In this document: piece after piece, positions 49,950 through 59,243 of the stretch
How positions within the stretch are numbered: position 1 is the stretch's first letter
Layout: each line of letters opens with the position of its first letter
DNA from: an uncultured delta proteobacterium
GTDB lineage: Bacteria; Desulfobacterota; Binatia; Binatales; Binataceae
DNA: 64,000 bases
Reading direction: 5' to 3'
Assembly: GCA_963842215.1 (NCBI GenBank)
Contig: CAWJFQ010000005.1
Location: 102,344-166,343 of the forward strand
The notes under the pieces: generated by a model
Told to the model about the DNA's origin: nothing
Seen by the model: only the letters and a program-made list of their open reading frames with translations
The model's database searches: none
Position numbers and translations under genes: made by a program

Positions 49950-51710
49950 TTGATGAGTAGTTTGGGGACCTTGTACCGGTTTACGCTGCTAACAACATTC
50001 GCTCTGATAGTTGCGTTCGTGCGGCCCGCGGCGGCCGCCGATTCGATGATATCGCTCGAGGGTAACCATCCCGACGAGGCCGCAGCAATTGTTGGCGAAG
50101 CTATCGCATCGGCGTCTCAGCCACTTGCGATGCGTGTGACGATGGCGCTCCGCAATCGCTCGGAACTTGAGCGACTGCTCGCCGCTCAGCAGGATCCTGC
50201 GTCGTCTGATTACCATCGATGGCTGACGCCGGATGAATTTACCGCACGCTTTGGACCGAGTGCCGCCGACCTTTTGAAAGTCGAGGGCTGGCTTCGGAAG
50301 AAAGGTTTCACTGTCGATTCTGCCAATGCCTCGACTCGGGAAGTTTCCTTCACCGGCACGGTAGCGCAGGCGCAGAAAGTTTTCGGCGTGAAGATTGCAG
50401 CGACCGCCGATGGCCAGCTCTATTCCAACATCGCGGACCCTGCCGTACCTGCCAGCATCGCGCCGCTGATCGAATCGATCCACGGGCTCGACAACCTGCT
50501 GCACACCGTGCCCGTGGCGCGTCGCGTGTCGAAGAGCGATTCGAGCGCGGCTTCGCCAGCCGTGGTCGCCAACGGTATGGGTCCGGCCTTCGGCCCTTCC
50601 GACATCTATACCTTCTACGACGAAACGCCGGTGGTGAGCAGTGGTATTGACGGCGCCGGCCTGGGATGTATTGGAGTCGTCGAGGACTCGGACATCGATC
50701 AGCCCGCGGCGGATGTGTTCAACACTCAGTTCGATCTGCCTGCGTTGACTTCGTCGAATTTCAGCACCGAGCTGGTTGATGGCACCAATCCGGGTCAGAA
50801 TTCCGACGAACTCGAGACGGTGGTCGACGTGAATTATTCGCATGCCATCGCGCCCGGTTCGAGCATCCGGATATATCTCGGCGATCAGAGCAATACAAAG
50901 TCGTCGGCCATCCTCGACGCGATTCACGCGGCGGTGACGGAAAAGAATAATCCCTGCAGTGCTATCAGCATCAGCTTCGAGTTCTGCGGCGGCTCGAAGA
51001 GCTTCTACAAAACTCAGAACGGTTTCTTTGCCCAGGCAGCCGCACAGGGCCAGTCCGTGTTCGTCGCGTCCGGTGACGAGGGCGCGGCTGGACTTCAGCT
51101 GAGCAAAAAAGGTTCTTGCGCTATCGGCACCTCGCGCACCATCAACGAGATCGCAGCGTCGCCAAACGTCACTGCCGTCGGCGGAACAGAGTTCACGCCC
51201 ACTTACGCAATGGAGGACAACGACGTCGGTTTCGTTGCAGAGAGTGTTTGGGACGACGCCAGTGGTGCGACCGGCGGTGGCGCCAGCAGAGTATTCAAGC
51301 AACCTAGCTTTCAGAAGGGACTGATCAAGAAAGAAAAGAAGCGCGACATTCCCGACATCTCGTTCGGCGCCAGCCGCCTATCGCCCGGGTTCTTCTATGG
51401 CGGCACCCAGGGAGGCGAGCCGGCCGTTCTATGCTGCGTGGGCGGCACCAGTATCGGTGCTCCTTCGTGGGCGGGGATAAGCCAACTGATAGCGCAGGCC
51501 AACGGCGGTAATGTGGGGAATCTGAACACGCGGCTTTATCAACTGGGCGTGGAGAACAACGGCGCATCGACCGGAATTCGCGACGTAACTTCGGGCAACA
51601 ACAACTTCAATGGCGTCACCGGATTCGGCGCGGGTCCCGGCTATGACAAAGCTAGCGGGTGGGGCACCGTCGACATGGGCCTGTTCGTGCCCGCCTACGG
51701 CGGGCACTAG
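49950..51710 (+). CDS. S53 (sedolisin/kumamolisin) family serine peptidase with pro-domain
   Basis: Signal peptide. Pro-kumamolisin activation domain (HRWLTPDEFTARFGPS...VEGWL). Catalytic Ser context GGTSIGAPSWAGI. GGGAGG RBS at 49934-49939. Confidence 0.85.
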   Translation: MMSSLGTLYRFTLLTTFALIVAFVRPAAAADSMISLEGNHPDEAAAIVGEAIASASQPLAMRVTMALRNRSELERLLAAQQDPASSDYHRWLTPDEFTARFGPSAADLLKVEGWLRKKGFTVDSANASTREVSFTGTVAQAQKVFGVKIAATADGQLYSNIADPAVPASIAPLIESIHGLDNLLHTVPVARRVSKSDSSAASPAVVANGMGPAFGPSDIYTFYDETPVVSSGIDGAGLGCIGVVEDSDIDQPAADVFNTQFDLPALTSSNFSTELVDGTNPGQNSDELETVVDVNYSHAIAPGSSIRIYLGDQSNTKSSAILDAIHAAVTEKNNPCSAISISFEFCGGSKSFYKTQNGFFAQAAAQGQSVFVASGDEGAAGLQLSKKGSCAIGTSRTINEIAASPNVTAVGGTEFTPTYAMEDNDVGFVAESVWDDASGATGGGASRVFKQPSFQKGLIKKEKKRDIPDISFGASRLSPGFFYGGTQGGEPAVLCCVGGTSIGAPSWAGISQLIAQANGGNVGNLNTRLYQLGVENNGASTGIRDVTSGNNNFNGVTGFGAGPGYDKASGWGTVDMGLFVPAYGGH

Positions 51711-51722
51711 TTCGTTTACCGC

Positions 51723-52145
51723 TCAGGACGAACCGTCCTTGGATTCCGGAGGATCGATCAGCTTGGAGATCTCTGCCATTAGCTGTTCGGTCTTGTAGGG
51801 TTTGCGCAGGAAGGTGTTGTAACCGTCGCATCGAGCTCTGATCGTTTGTTCGGGCAGCGCGCTGGCCAGGATTATCGGAATGTCACGCAGGCCATCGTCT
51901 GCGCGAATTGCCTTGATGACCGCGTTGCCGTCGAGTATCGGCATCATGAAATCCACGACGACCAGGTCCGGCCTGGTTTCTTTGAGACGAGCCAGCGCCT
52001 CCTGTCCGTTGAGCGCGGACACGACGGTAAAGCCAGCGTCGCTGAGAATGAATTCCAGGACTTCGAGCACCCCGAATTCATCGTCAACGATCAGGATCGT
52101 CTTGGCGGCCGGGCCGTCGTTTTGGCTCTTATCCATCCCCCGCAA
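51723..52145 (-). CDS. Stand-alone response regulator receiver (CheY-like)
   Basis: ILIVDDE...DLVVVDFMMPILDG...ILASA...KP. The start is uncertain (TTG 52145 or ATG 52136). Confidence 0.88.
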   Translation of the reverse strand: MRGMDKSQNDGPAAKTILIVDDEFGVLEVLEFILSDAGFTVVSALNGQEALARLKETRPDLVVVDFMMPILDGNAVIKAIRADDGLRDIPIILASALPEQTIRARCDGYNTFLRKPYKTEQLMAEISKLIDPPESKDGSS

Positions 52146-52152
52146 CCCATTG

Positions 52153-53613
52153 CTACTGTTGAGTCACCTCGGTTCCGGGTTTCGTAGAAACCCGCGGCAA
52201 AATCGATTTGGCGCTGACTGAGTCCTCGGATAGTTCCAATCCGCCTGCAGCGAAGTGCAGTTCTCGCAAATCCGCGTCGAACGCGCTGTCGCGCACTTTG
52301 AGTATTGAAAGCAGCCGGTACAGGCTCGCGCCCGATTCGACGAAGCGCAGCAGAATGTGATTGTCGGTCACGTCGGACAATCCCTGCAGTGGCACGGTGA
52401 TAGTCGGTCCGACGATTTCCATGACTTCCGCGGTGCATATCGAGGTGACACCCTGCGCGCGCAACTCGTGCACCAGGGCGGAAAAGAAAGGCTCGATCGG
52501 CCTCGAGCGAAGCGCTTTTTTGAAGCCGCCGAGACCATCGATCACCAGCCGCTTCACCTTTCTTTGTTTGATATCGCGCAGCATCCGGTCGGCGAGTTCA
52601 TCCAGGAACTGATCGGTCGGTGCTTGCCACAGAATTTGTACGTGGCCCTCATCGAGCTGCTTCAGCAGCGGTGGGCAAGTCGCATTTACCTTGGCCCGGA
52701 TGCGCGCCGGGGTTTCGTAGAAGCCAAATAGCAGGCCCGGTTGCTCGGCGCTTGACTGAGAGAGGAACTGCAGACCCAAGCTGGTTTTGCCGGTTCCCGA
52801 CGGTCCGATGATCATGGTAGACGAGCGGGCCGGGAATCCGCCGCCAAGCATCGCATCGAGACGAGCATTGCCGGACAGGACTCGCTTTGGTTCTCCGTTG
52901 ACGTCCTGGTCCGCGCTGATAAGCGTTTCGAGCCGTGGATAGACCGTGACCCCTACTTCAGTGATGTCGTACGAGTGAACGCCCTGAAGATAGCCGCTGC
53001 CGCGAAATTTCCGGACGTTCAGCTCGCGCGCCGAACGCCATTCGTGCACGGTGGTATTGAGGTTGATGATGCCGTCGACCATTGTTTCTTCGGATGAGGG
53101 CTCCTGCTCGGTGGGATTGGTGAGCAGAAAGACGGTGCAGTCCGCGGCGTCGGCCTGAGTCTGCAACTGCTGCACGAACAACTTTAGCTCCTCACGCGAC
53201 TGCGTATGATCGGAGGCCGAGGCAAAGCCGTCCACGATCAGCGTAGTCGCCTTGCGGGAGGCGACCTCCCTGCGCAGCAGATTCAGGAGTCCAGAAAGAC
53301 CATCTTTTTTCAACGCGTTGAAACCGCTCACGTAAAAGATGCTGTTGCCCACTACTGTTTCATCGTAGAACTTGAGGTCCCTGATGTTCAGCAACATGCG
53401 ACCAACCGTCTCCGCGATCAGCGTCATGTACAGAACCTTGCTTCCGGCAGCGGCTTGATTGAAGCAAATTTGATTCCCAAGAATCGTTTTACCGACTCCG
53501 GGTGCTCCTTCGATGATATAGAGCCCGCCCCCGAAGAAGCCTCCACGCAGAATATCGTCAAGGCCTGTGACACCGGATCGGACACGGGTCAGCTGGCGAA
53601 CGTCATTGCTCAT
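52153..53613 (-). CDS. KaiC-like double RecA/KaiC-domain ATPase
   Basis: Two KaiC-type domains with Walker A GAPGVGKT and GPSGTGKT. The C-terminal segment SDVTDNHILLRFVE...LKVRDSAFD aligns with KaiC STITDTIILLQYVE...FKMRGSWHD. ATG 53613 lies behind GGGGGAG and overlaps the upstream HK stop (ATGA). Confidence 0.85.
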   Translation of the reverse strand: MSNDVRQLTRVRSGVTGLDDILRGGFFGGGLYIIEGAPGVGKTILGNQICFNQAAAGSKVLYMTLIAETVGRMLLNIRDLKFYDETVVGNSIFYVSGFNALKKDGLSGLLNLLRREVASRKATTLIVDGFASASDHTQSREELKLFVQQLQTQADAADCTVFLLTNPTEQEPSSEETMVDGIINLNTTVHEWRSARELNVRKFRGSGYLQGVHSYDITEVGVTVYPRLETLISADQDVNGEPKRVLSGNARLDAMLGGGFPARSSTMIIGPSGTGKTSLGLQFLSQSSAEQPGLLFGFYETPARIRAKVNATCPPLLKQLDEGHVQILWQAPTDQFLDELADRMLRDIKQRKVKRLVIDGLGGFKKALRSRPIEPFFSALVHELRAQGVTSICTAEVMEIVGPTITVPLQGLSDVTDNHILLRFVESGASLYRLLSILKVRDSAFDADLRELHFAAGGLELSEDSVSAKSILPRVSTKPGTEVTQQ

Positions 53614-54442
53614 GGTTTCTCCCCCATTTCTATCGGTAAAGAGACGATAAACCGTGATCCCGTTCCCGGCTCGCCGAATACCGTAATGGAACCGCCCATC
53701 AACTCTGCAAAGCTCCGCGAAAGCCACAGGCCGATTCCGAAGCCCGATTGAACCTGCCGTCCCACCGCACGTTCGAATCTTTCAAAGATGCGGGTTTTAT
53801 CCTTTTCATCGATGCCCTGGCCGCTGTCGCGAACAGTTATCAAAGCTTTTTCTGCGGTTGCGCTCAACGCGACTTCTATCGGCTTGCTCTGGCCATATTT
53901 GATCGCATTGGAGAGTAAATTTTCCACGATTTCCGACACTGCCAGCCGGTCGACAAAGGCTACAACATCGTTTTGAATGTTGAGCGTCAATTCCGAGCCG
54001 CTGCGAACCACGAGCGGCATGTAGTCGTTGACGATGGTCTCAACCAGCTCGGACAAATTTACGCTGGAGGGATCTAACTGAAACTTGCCGGACGTGACTT
54101 GCGCAACTTCGAGGAGAACATTGGTCCGCGCAACGAAATGCTTGATCTGTCGCTCGAGTCGATCGAGCTCGTGCATTACCTTCGTCCGATCGTTGGATTC
54201 TTCGGCCCTGCGAATTAGCTGCAGGCAGAGCAGAATCGGGGTCATCGGATTACGGAGTTCGTGAGTCGCGATAGCGAGGAAATTGTCGCGAGCCTTGATC
54301 GCTTCGTGCAGTTCCTCGATGAGTCGATCGCGCCCGTCCTCATCAGGAAATTGTCGGCGGTGGTTTCTGGCGGCGGGGCATTCAACCCACTGTCTCCCGG
54401 CCCTGAACTGCTTTTAGCCACCAACCCTTCGACCGTGTGCAT
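53610..54442 (-). pseudogene. Short cytoplasmic histidine kinase; H-box separated from any start codon by a 1-nt frameshift
   Basis: ORF 53610..54245 has the HATPase_c domain (N-box ENLLSNAIKYG, G1 DSGQGI, G2 GFGIGL). Its frame continues upstream through RDNFLAIATHELRNP (H-box) to a TAA with no ATG/GTG/TTG. ORF 54242..54445 supplies a start in another frame. The frames join if one base is added at the GG run 54346-54347. Confidence 0.7.
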
Positions 54443-54538
54443 CAAAGCACTAAATTAAAAGCAAAAGCTACGAATTACAATTTGGTTTTGATCTTTCTAT
54501 TGGCACTCAGCAGGAAAACGTTAGATCGGGAAAAGCTG

Positions 54539-56719
54539 CTAGCTGCTTTGATCGCTGAAAAACTGGTTGATGATCATTTCCAGCTTCTGGAAATTTACCG
54601 GCTTGGTCAGGTGCGCGTCGAATCCCGCTTCCTTGTATCGGCTGATATCCTGGTCCATGCCAAAGCCGGTCAGCGCTATTGCAGGAATCGAGGAGTGCTG
54701 GCGGAGTTGCTTGATCAAATCGACACCGGTGCCGTCCGGCAACCCGATGTCGCTTAGGACGAGATTGAACCGCCGTTCACTCGCAATCGCCAGGGCATCA
54801 GCAACCGTGGCGCAGGTTTCGACTGAATAGCCTTTGTCGCGCAACAGCCGGCTCATCACTTCTGCCGAGTCTTTGTGATCCTCGACCAATAGAATGCTTA
54901 TCCCTTGAGGGTTTCGCCTGGCGGCAGGAACCGCTCCGGCCATGGATGGCAGCTTCACAGTCGATGCGTGAATCGAGGGCAGCGTCACAGTAAATTCCGC
55001 TCCGCGGCCCGGACCTTCGCTCTCGGCGGTTATGATCCCGGCATGAATCTCCACCAGGGCTTTGGAGATCGCCATGCCCAAGCCAAGACCTCCATATCTG
55101 CCGGGGTCAGCTCCCTGTTCAAACGGTTGAAACAGACGGTCGATGACTTCCGGAGTCATGCCGATGCCGTCATCTTTAAACGTAAGAACCAGCCGCCCCT
55201 GGTTATCATCTGTGCTGCCAATGGAAAGATGGCCGCGACGCGCGGTGAACTTGGTTGCGTTGTTCAGGATATTGCCGAATACCTGCTGCAAGCGGGCGGA
55301 GTCGCCTTTGACGTAATGTCGCGTCGCATTCAGTCCGATCGAAACGTTCAGCTGCTTGGCGTTGATCTCGCTCTGGAACATCGCGACCACCGAATTCACC
55401 AGCTCGTGCGCGTCTACCAGCTCAAGATTGAGCGAAAGCTTGCCCTTTACTATTCGATTCAGATCGAGCAGGTCGTCGATAAGGCGCGCCTCCAGCTCGA
55501 CGTTGCGCCGAAGCATCTGGATATCGGCTAGAAAAGACTTCGGTAGTTCGTCGCTGGCTTCCCAGGTGGTGAGAGTGGCGAGCACCGGCGTAAGCGGCGT
55601 GCGCAGTTCGTGCGACAAGGCCGCCAGGAATTGATCCTTGGCGTGATTAGCGGCCTCGAGAGCCTTGTTGGTGTCGATCAGCTTGTTTTCCGCGGCCTTA
55701 TGTTCCGAGAAATCGCGGAAGATCAGAACCACTCCGCGGACCGTGCCGTTAGGTTCCTTTATCGGTGCGCCGCTGTCATCGATCGGAATTTCGCTCCCAT
55801 CTTTGCGAATCAGCACCGTATGATTGGCAAGCCCCACAACGGTGCCCATGCGCAGCACCTTATCGACCGGGCTTTCGACGGCTTGCCGCGAGCTTTCGTT
55901 GATAATGTTAAAGACCTTCGAACATTGCTCTTGAAGCGCGTCCGAAGACTGCCAGGCGGTGAGCTTCTCGGCAACCTGATTGAGGAATGTGATCCGGCCC
56001 CCGACATCGCTGACGATGACCGCATCGCCAATACTGGCGAGCGTCACATCGAGCAATTCCTTTTGCCGCATTACTTCCAGCAGCGCTCTCTCCCGTCCCG
56101 CTGACTCGTCCTTGATGCGACCGTAGGCCCAGACCAGCACCGCGAGGTTCAGCAAGGTGCTCAATGCGATTACAAGATTGTTGTAGAAGATGAGCGCATT
56201 GGCTTTTCGATTGGCGTTAGCGAGATCAGCCTCCTGGTCGGCGGTTATTTTCGCCACCTGCGCCCGAATCGAATCCATCCTGTTCTTGCCAAAGTCTGTC
56301 TCGACGACAGCCAATGCCGCCGGCAAGCCCTGAGTGCGCCGCAGGGTAATTGTCTCCTGCAATTCGTCGAGCTTTTCACTGGTTAGTTGCCACAGCCTCG
56401 CGACATCCTGGCTCGATAGCTCCCCGGCTCTTGCCCGGGATTCCAGCGTTTCGAATTCCTGATGGATGCGCGCAACCGCCTGGTCGTGAGGTGTGAGATA
56501 TTTCTGCTCGCCGGTAAGCAGGTATCCTCGCTGACCCGTCTCGGCATCTTTCAAAGTGGAAAGAGTTTGCTGCAGCTCACCGATTACCGCATGGTAGCGA
56601 ACGAGCTCGCCGTTAGTGCCGATCGCGACGCGGCCCATGAGGAAAATCGCCGCCAGGCTGGCAAGCATCACGGCTCCAGCCGTCATGATTATCGTGGCGA
56701 GTTTGCTCTTGGTCGACAT
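54539..56719 (-). CDS. Hybrid sensor histidine kinase: TM - CHASE3 - PAS - HisKA - HATPase - receiver
   Basis: CHASE3-like LKDAETGQRGYLLTGEQKYL, a PAS region, H-box FLAALSHELRTPL, HATPase (GLGLGMAISK), and a C-terminal receiver ILLVEDH...VLSDIGLPDGTG. Confidence 0.88.
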   Translation of the reverse strand: MSTKSKLATIIMTAGAVMLASLAAIFLMGRVAIGTNGELVRYHAVIGELQQTLSTLKDAETGQRGYLLTGEQKYLTPHDQAVARIHQEFETLESRARAGELSSQDVARLWQLTSEKLDELQETITLRRTQGLPAALAVVETDFGKNRMDSIRAQVAKITADQEADLANANRKANALIFYNNLVIALSTLLNLAVLVWAYGRIKDESAGRERALLEVMRQKELLDVTLASIGDAVIVSDVGGRITFLNQVAEKLTAWQSSDALQEQCSKVFNIINESSRQAVESPVDKVLRMGTVVGLANHTVLIRKDGSEIPIDDSGAPIKEPNGTVRGVVLIFRDFSEHKAAENKLIDTNKALEAANHAKDQFLAALSHELRTPLTPVLATLTTWEASDELPKSFLADIQMLRRNVELEARLIDDLLDLNRIVKGKLSLNLELVDAHELVNSVVAMFQSEINAKQLNVSIGLNATRHYVKGDSARLQQVFGNILNNATKFTARRGHLSIGSTDDNQGRLVLTFKDDGIGMTPEVIDRLFQPFEQGADPGRYGGLGLGMAISKALVEIHAGIITAESEGPGRGAEFTVTLPSIHASTVKLPSMAGAVPAARRNPQGISILLVEDHKDSAEVMSRLLRDKGYSVETCATVADALAIASERRFNLVLSDIGLPDGTGVDLIKQLRQHSSIPAIALTGFGMDQDISRYKEAGFDAHLTKPVNFQKLEMIINQFFSDQSS

Positions 56720-56751
56720 CGCTAAAATCTCGATATGAATCTTGTCTCTTT

Positions 56752-57891
56752 TTATGAATCTGCGCCCGCGTCGGGGAGACGCATCGTAAACGTGGAGCCT
56801 TTGCCTTTTCCATCGCTGGCCGCGTCGACGGTGCCACCGTGCTGCTCGACGACGTTCTTTACGATAAACAATCCCAATCCGAGTCCGGGATTGCCATTCA
56901 GGACGGCGCCGTCTTGAGCAAAACGTTCGAAAAGACGCGGCATGAATGAGGGGTCGATTCCGTCGCCGGTGTCGGTGATGCGAAGTTCAATCTGTCCCTC
57001 GTGTCGTTCGAGCGCGACGCTGATTTGTCCACCGTGCGGCGTGAATTTGATCGCGTTGGCTAGCAGATTCGAAACACAATCGTGGACTCGCTCGGCATCG
57101 CCTGAAACTATCGTCTGCGGCTCTTCAAGGGCAGCCGAGACCACAATCGACTGGGCATCCGCGATCGACCGCATCTCGTCGATCGCCGACTGAATTACCG
57201 GCTTCAGATCAAATCGCTCGCGCTTGAGTTCCAATCGGCCGTTGTCGATTCGGATTGAATCGAGCAGCCGATCGGTAAGCTTCTCCAGGTTAAGCGTGGC
57301 ACGATCAATATTGTCGATTCGCGCGATCATGCCCGCGGACCCTGGTTCCCTGCGCAAGATGTAGGACGACATTCGGATCGAGTGCAGCGGGTTTCTGACT
57401 TCGTGCGCAATCCAGGCGAGTAGCTGGGCCTTTTCGGAATCGGAACGCTCAGCAACTTCGCGCTTGGCGTCGGCCTGGTTTTTCAGCGTCTCGAGCTGGC
57501 TTAGCGCGATCTTCAACTGCTCACGTTGCGTTTTGAGTAGCCCGACGACCGTCACCAATAGAAGATTGACCAGGATCGAAAATGCGATCGCGAGCTGATC
57601 CTCTGTCCGAGCGAGATGGAAGGACAGCGCGTACGGCAGCAGAAATGCTTCTGCGACATAGCACGTCACGAGCGTTAGCAGGCCGGGGCCGGCGCCGAAC
57701 AGCCACACACTTGCGGCCACCGCAAAATAGTAAAAGGTGAAATGAATTCTCGGAGTTAAAGCAGTGGCTGCGATGCGCACGGCCACCACTGAGGCGCCGA
57801 GCGCGAAAGCGCCTGCATAAAGCAACGCTTGATCCCGCACACGTTGAGCTCGTGCGTGCGGTGCGGCACGTGAAATGCCGTCGCGATCCAA
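56752..57891 (-). CDS. Membrane histidine kinase (4-TM DUF4118-like sensor - HisKA - HATPase)
   Basis: N-terminal hydrophobic segments, H-box LLAWIAHEVRNPL, and HATPase (GLGLGLFIVK). Confidence 0.85.
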   Translation of the reverse strand: MDRDGISRAAPHARAQRVRDQALLYAGAFALGASVVAVRIAATALTPRIHFTFYYFAVAASVWLFGAGPGLLTLVTCYVAEAFLLPYALSFHLARTEDQLAIAFSILVNLLLVTVVGLLKTQREQLKIALSQLETLKNQADAKREVAERSDSEKAQLLAWIAHEVRNPLHSIRMSSYILRREPGSAGMIARIDNIDRATLNLEKLTDRLLDSIRIDNGRLELKRERFDLKPVIQSAIDEMRSIADAQSIVVSAALEEPQTIVSGDAERVHDCVSNLLANAIKFTPHGGQISVALERHEGQIELRITDTGDGIDPSFMPRLFERFAQDGAVLNGNPGLGLGLFIVKNVVEQHGGTVDAASDGKGKGSTFTMRLPDAGADS

Positions 57892-57998
57892 ATCGGATGC
57901 TCCGTGGGCGAATCGCAGATTGAACTGCGCATCAAGCTAAGCAGCGTACCCGTCCGGGTCAAGGGTTACGGCAACGATCTGGCGTCGATTTGGTTGCG

Positions 57999-58445
57999 TC
58001 AACGTACAGGCAGCGCGGGCTGCGAAGCCCAAGTCAGGAGCGCCTGTTTCTGCGCCTCAGTGAGGCGCGCCGAATGGTCGAGCGCCGTGTAGTCCCCCGG
58101 TGGCATCGAACCACTGCCTACCTCCTGCTCGATACTCTTCAGCGCCGCCGCTCTCTTTTGCGGATTGTAATTTTTCCAATCAGAAAAATTCAGCACACCG
58201 CGCGCGGAGTTGGCGCTCAGGTACGTCGGCGAAACGGCCGCATACCAGGGGGCGCTTCCACCGGTTGAATGGCACTCGTAACATGAACGCGCGAGAATGT
58301 TGTTGACTTGTGGGTCGCCGCTGACCGCGTTCGCAGTAGCTGGAACGGTCAGCTCGGGGGCGGATGCTTCCTGAGAACTTGAGCAGCCCGCGACCAACAC
58401 CGCCAGACCGCCAAGCCAGGCCATCGCAAGTAAAAGCTTGCTCAT
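57999..58445 (-). CDS. Lipoprotein with heme-binding (CxxCH) domain
   Basis: Lipobox LVAGC followed by SCYECHS. Resembles the haem-binding-domain family. Confidence 0.65.
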   Translation of the reverse strand: MSKLLLAMAWLGGLAVLVAGCSSSQEASAPELTVPATANAVSGDPQVNNILARSCYECHSTGGSAPWYAAVSPTYLSANSARGVLNFSDWKNYNPQKRAAALKSIEQEVGSGSMPPGDYTALDHSARLTEAQKQALLTWASQPALPVR

Positions 58446-58581
58446 CGTCGTTCGAGCAGTGTAACACTCCGCCGATATTTGCGATCACGCGAACCGCAGC
58501 TTTCCAGATCACTTCGTGGGACTTTGGTATTTGATTCGCCTCGACGGGCTATTCGGAGGTTTGTTGGCAGCACCCAATGAC

Positions 58582-59133
58582 ATGGTTCTAATGGCGAACA
58601 TTTTCGCCGTCGCGTTCGCGGTCGGCCTCGACGTACTGGCGGTCTCGGTCGGGGTCGGCGTGGCGCAGATTCCCGCCAATGCGAGGCTGCGCCTGGGCGT
58701 CGCATTTGCCAGCGCGGAAATCGCGATGCAGGCAATCGGCTATGAGCTGGGTGCGGGCGCGGGCAGAATGTTAGGCGATGTTGCAACCTACGCCGGACTG
58801 GTGCTGCTTGCAGCGGTTGGATGCCTGATGATTCGAAATTCTCTGCGGCATCCGTCCGAAGCGGAATTCGACGTAACCAGCGGCGCGGGTCTGCTAATCA
58901 CTTCGCTATCGATCAGCCTCGATTCGCTGGCGGTCGGAATTGCGCTGCCGACCGTCGGGATTCCGCTTTTGCCGCTGCTGATCGTGGTCTCGGTCACCAC
59001 CACCATCTTCACGTTCACCGGGTTGGCATTCGGTGCTCGCCTCGGGGCGCGTTATGAACGCGGGGCGGAACGCTCGGCAGGGGTGATACTGATAGTGCTG
59101 GCAGCACTGTTCGCGCTCGAGCGTTTCATCTAG
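58582..59133 (+). CDS. mntP: MntP-type manganese efflux pump (DUF204 repeat protein)
   Basis: Two DUF204-like halves (AFAVGLDVLAVSVGVG and SLSISLDSLAVGIAL) and about 6 TM segments. ORF 58516..59133 trimmed to ATG 58582. Confidence 0.75.
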   Translation: MVLMANIFAVAFAVGLDVLAVSVGVGVAQIPANARLRLGVAFASAEIAMQAIGYELGAGAGRMLGDVATYAGLVLLAAVGCLMIRNSLRHPSEAEFDVTSGAGLLITSLSISLDSLAVGIALPTVGIPLLPLLIVVSVTTTIFTFTGLAFGARLGARYERGAERSAGVILIVLAALFALERFI

Positions 59134-59243
59134 ATGAAAATGAAAGAGGCTCGCATCGAATATCCGGTCCCACTTCAAGAGTCCGTGAATTGCAGCTTAT
59201 ACTTGACGATGTCAGGTTTCGGGTGCAACTCGAGCTTTGCGGG

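Noticed and set aside
49989-51302. 437-aa ORF antisense to the S53 peptidase
   Set aside because: The plus-strand gene has a signal peptide, a pro-domain and the GGTSxxAP catalytic motif. The antisense ORF has none of these.
58446-58581. Possible yybP-ykoY manganese riboswitch upstream of mntP
   Set aside because: This context is a classic location for that riboswitch. However, the conserved GGGGAGUAG and UUGACA/GAGACA-type cores are not present in the 136-nt upstream region on the plus strand.
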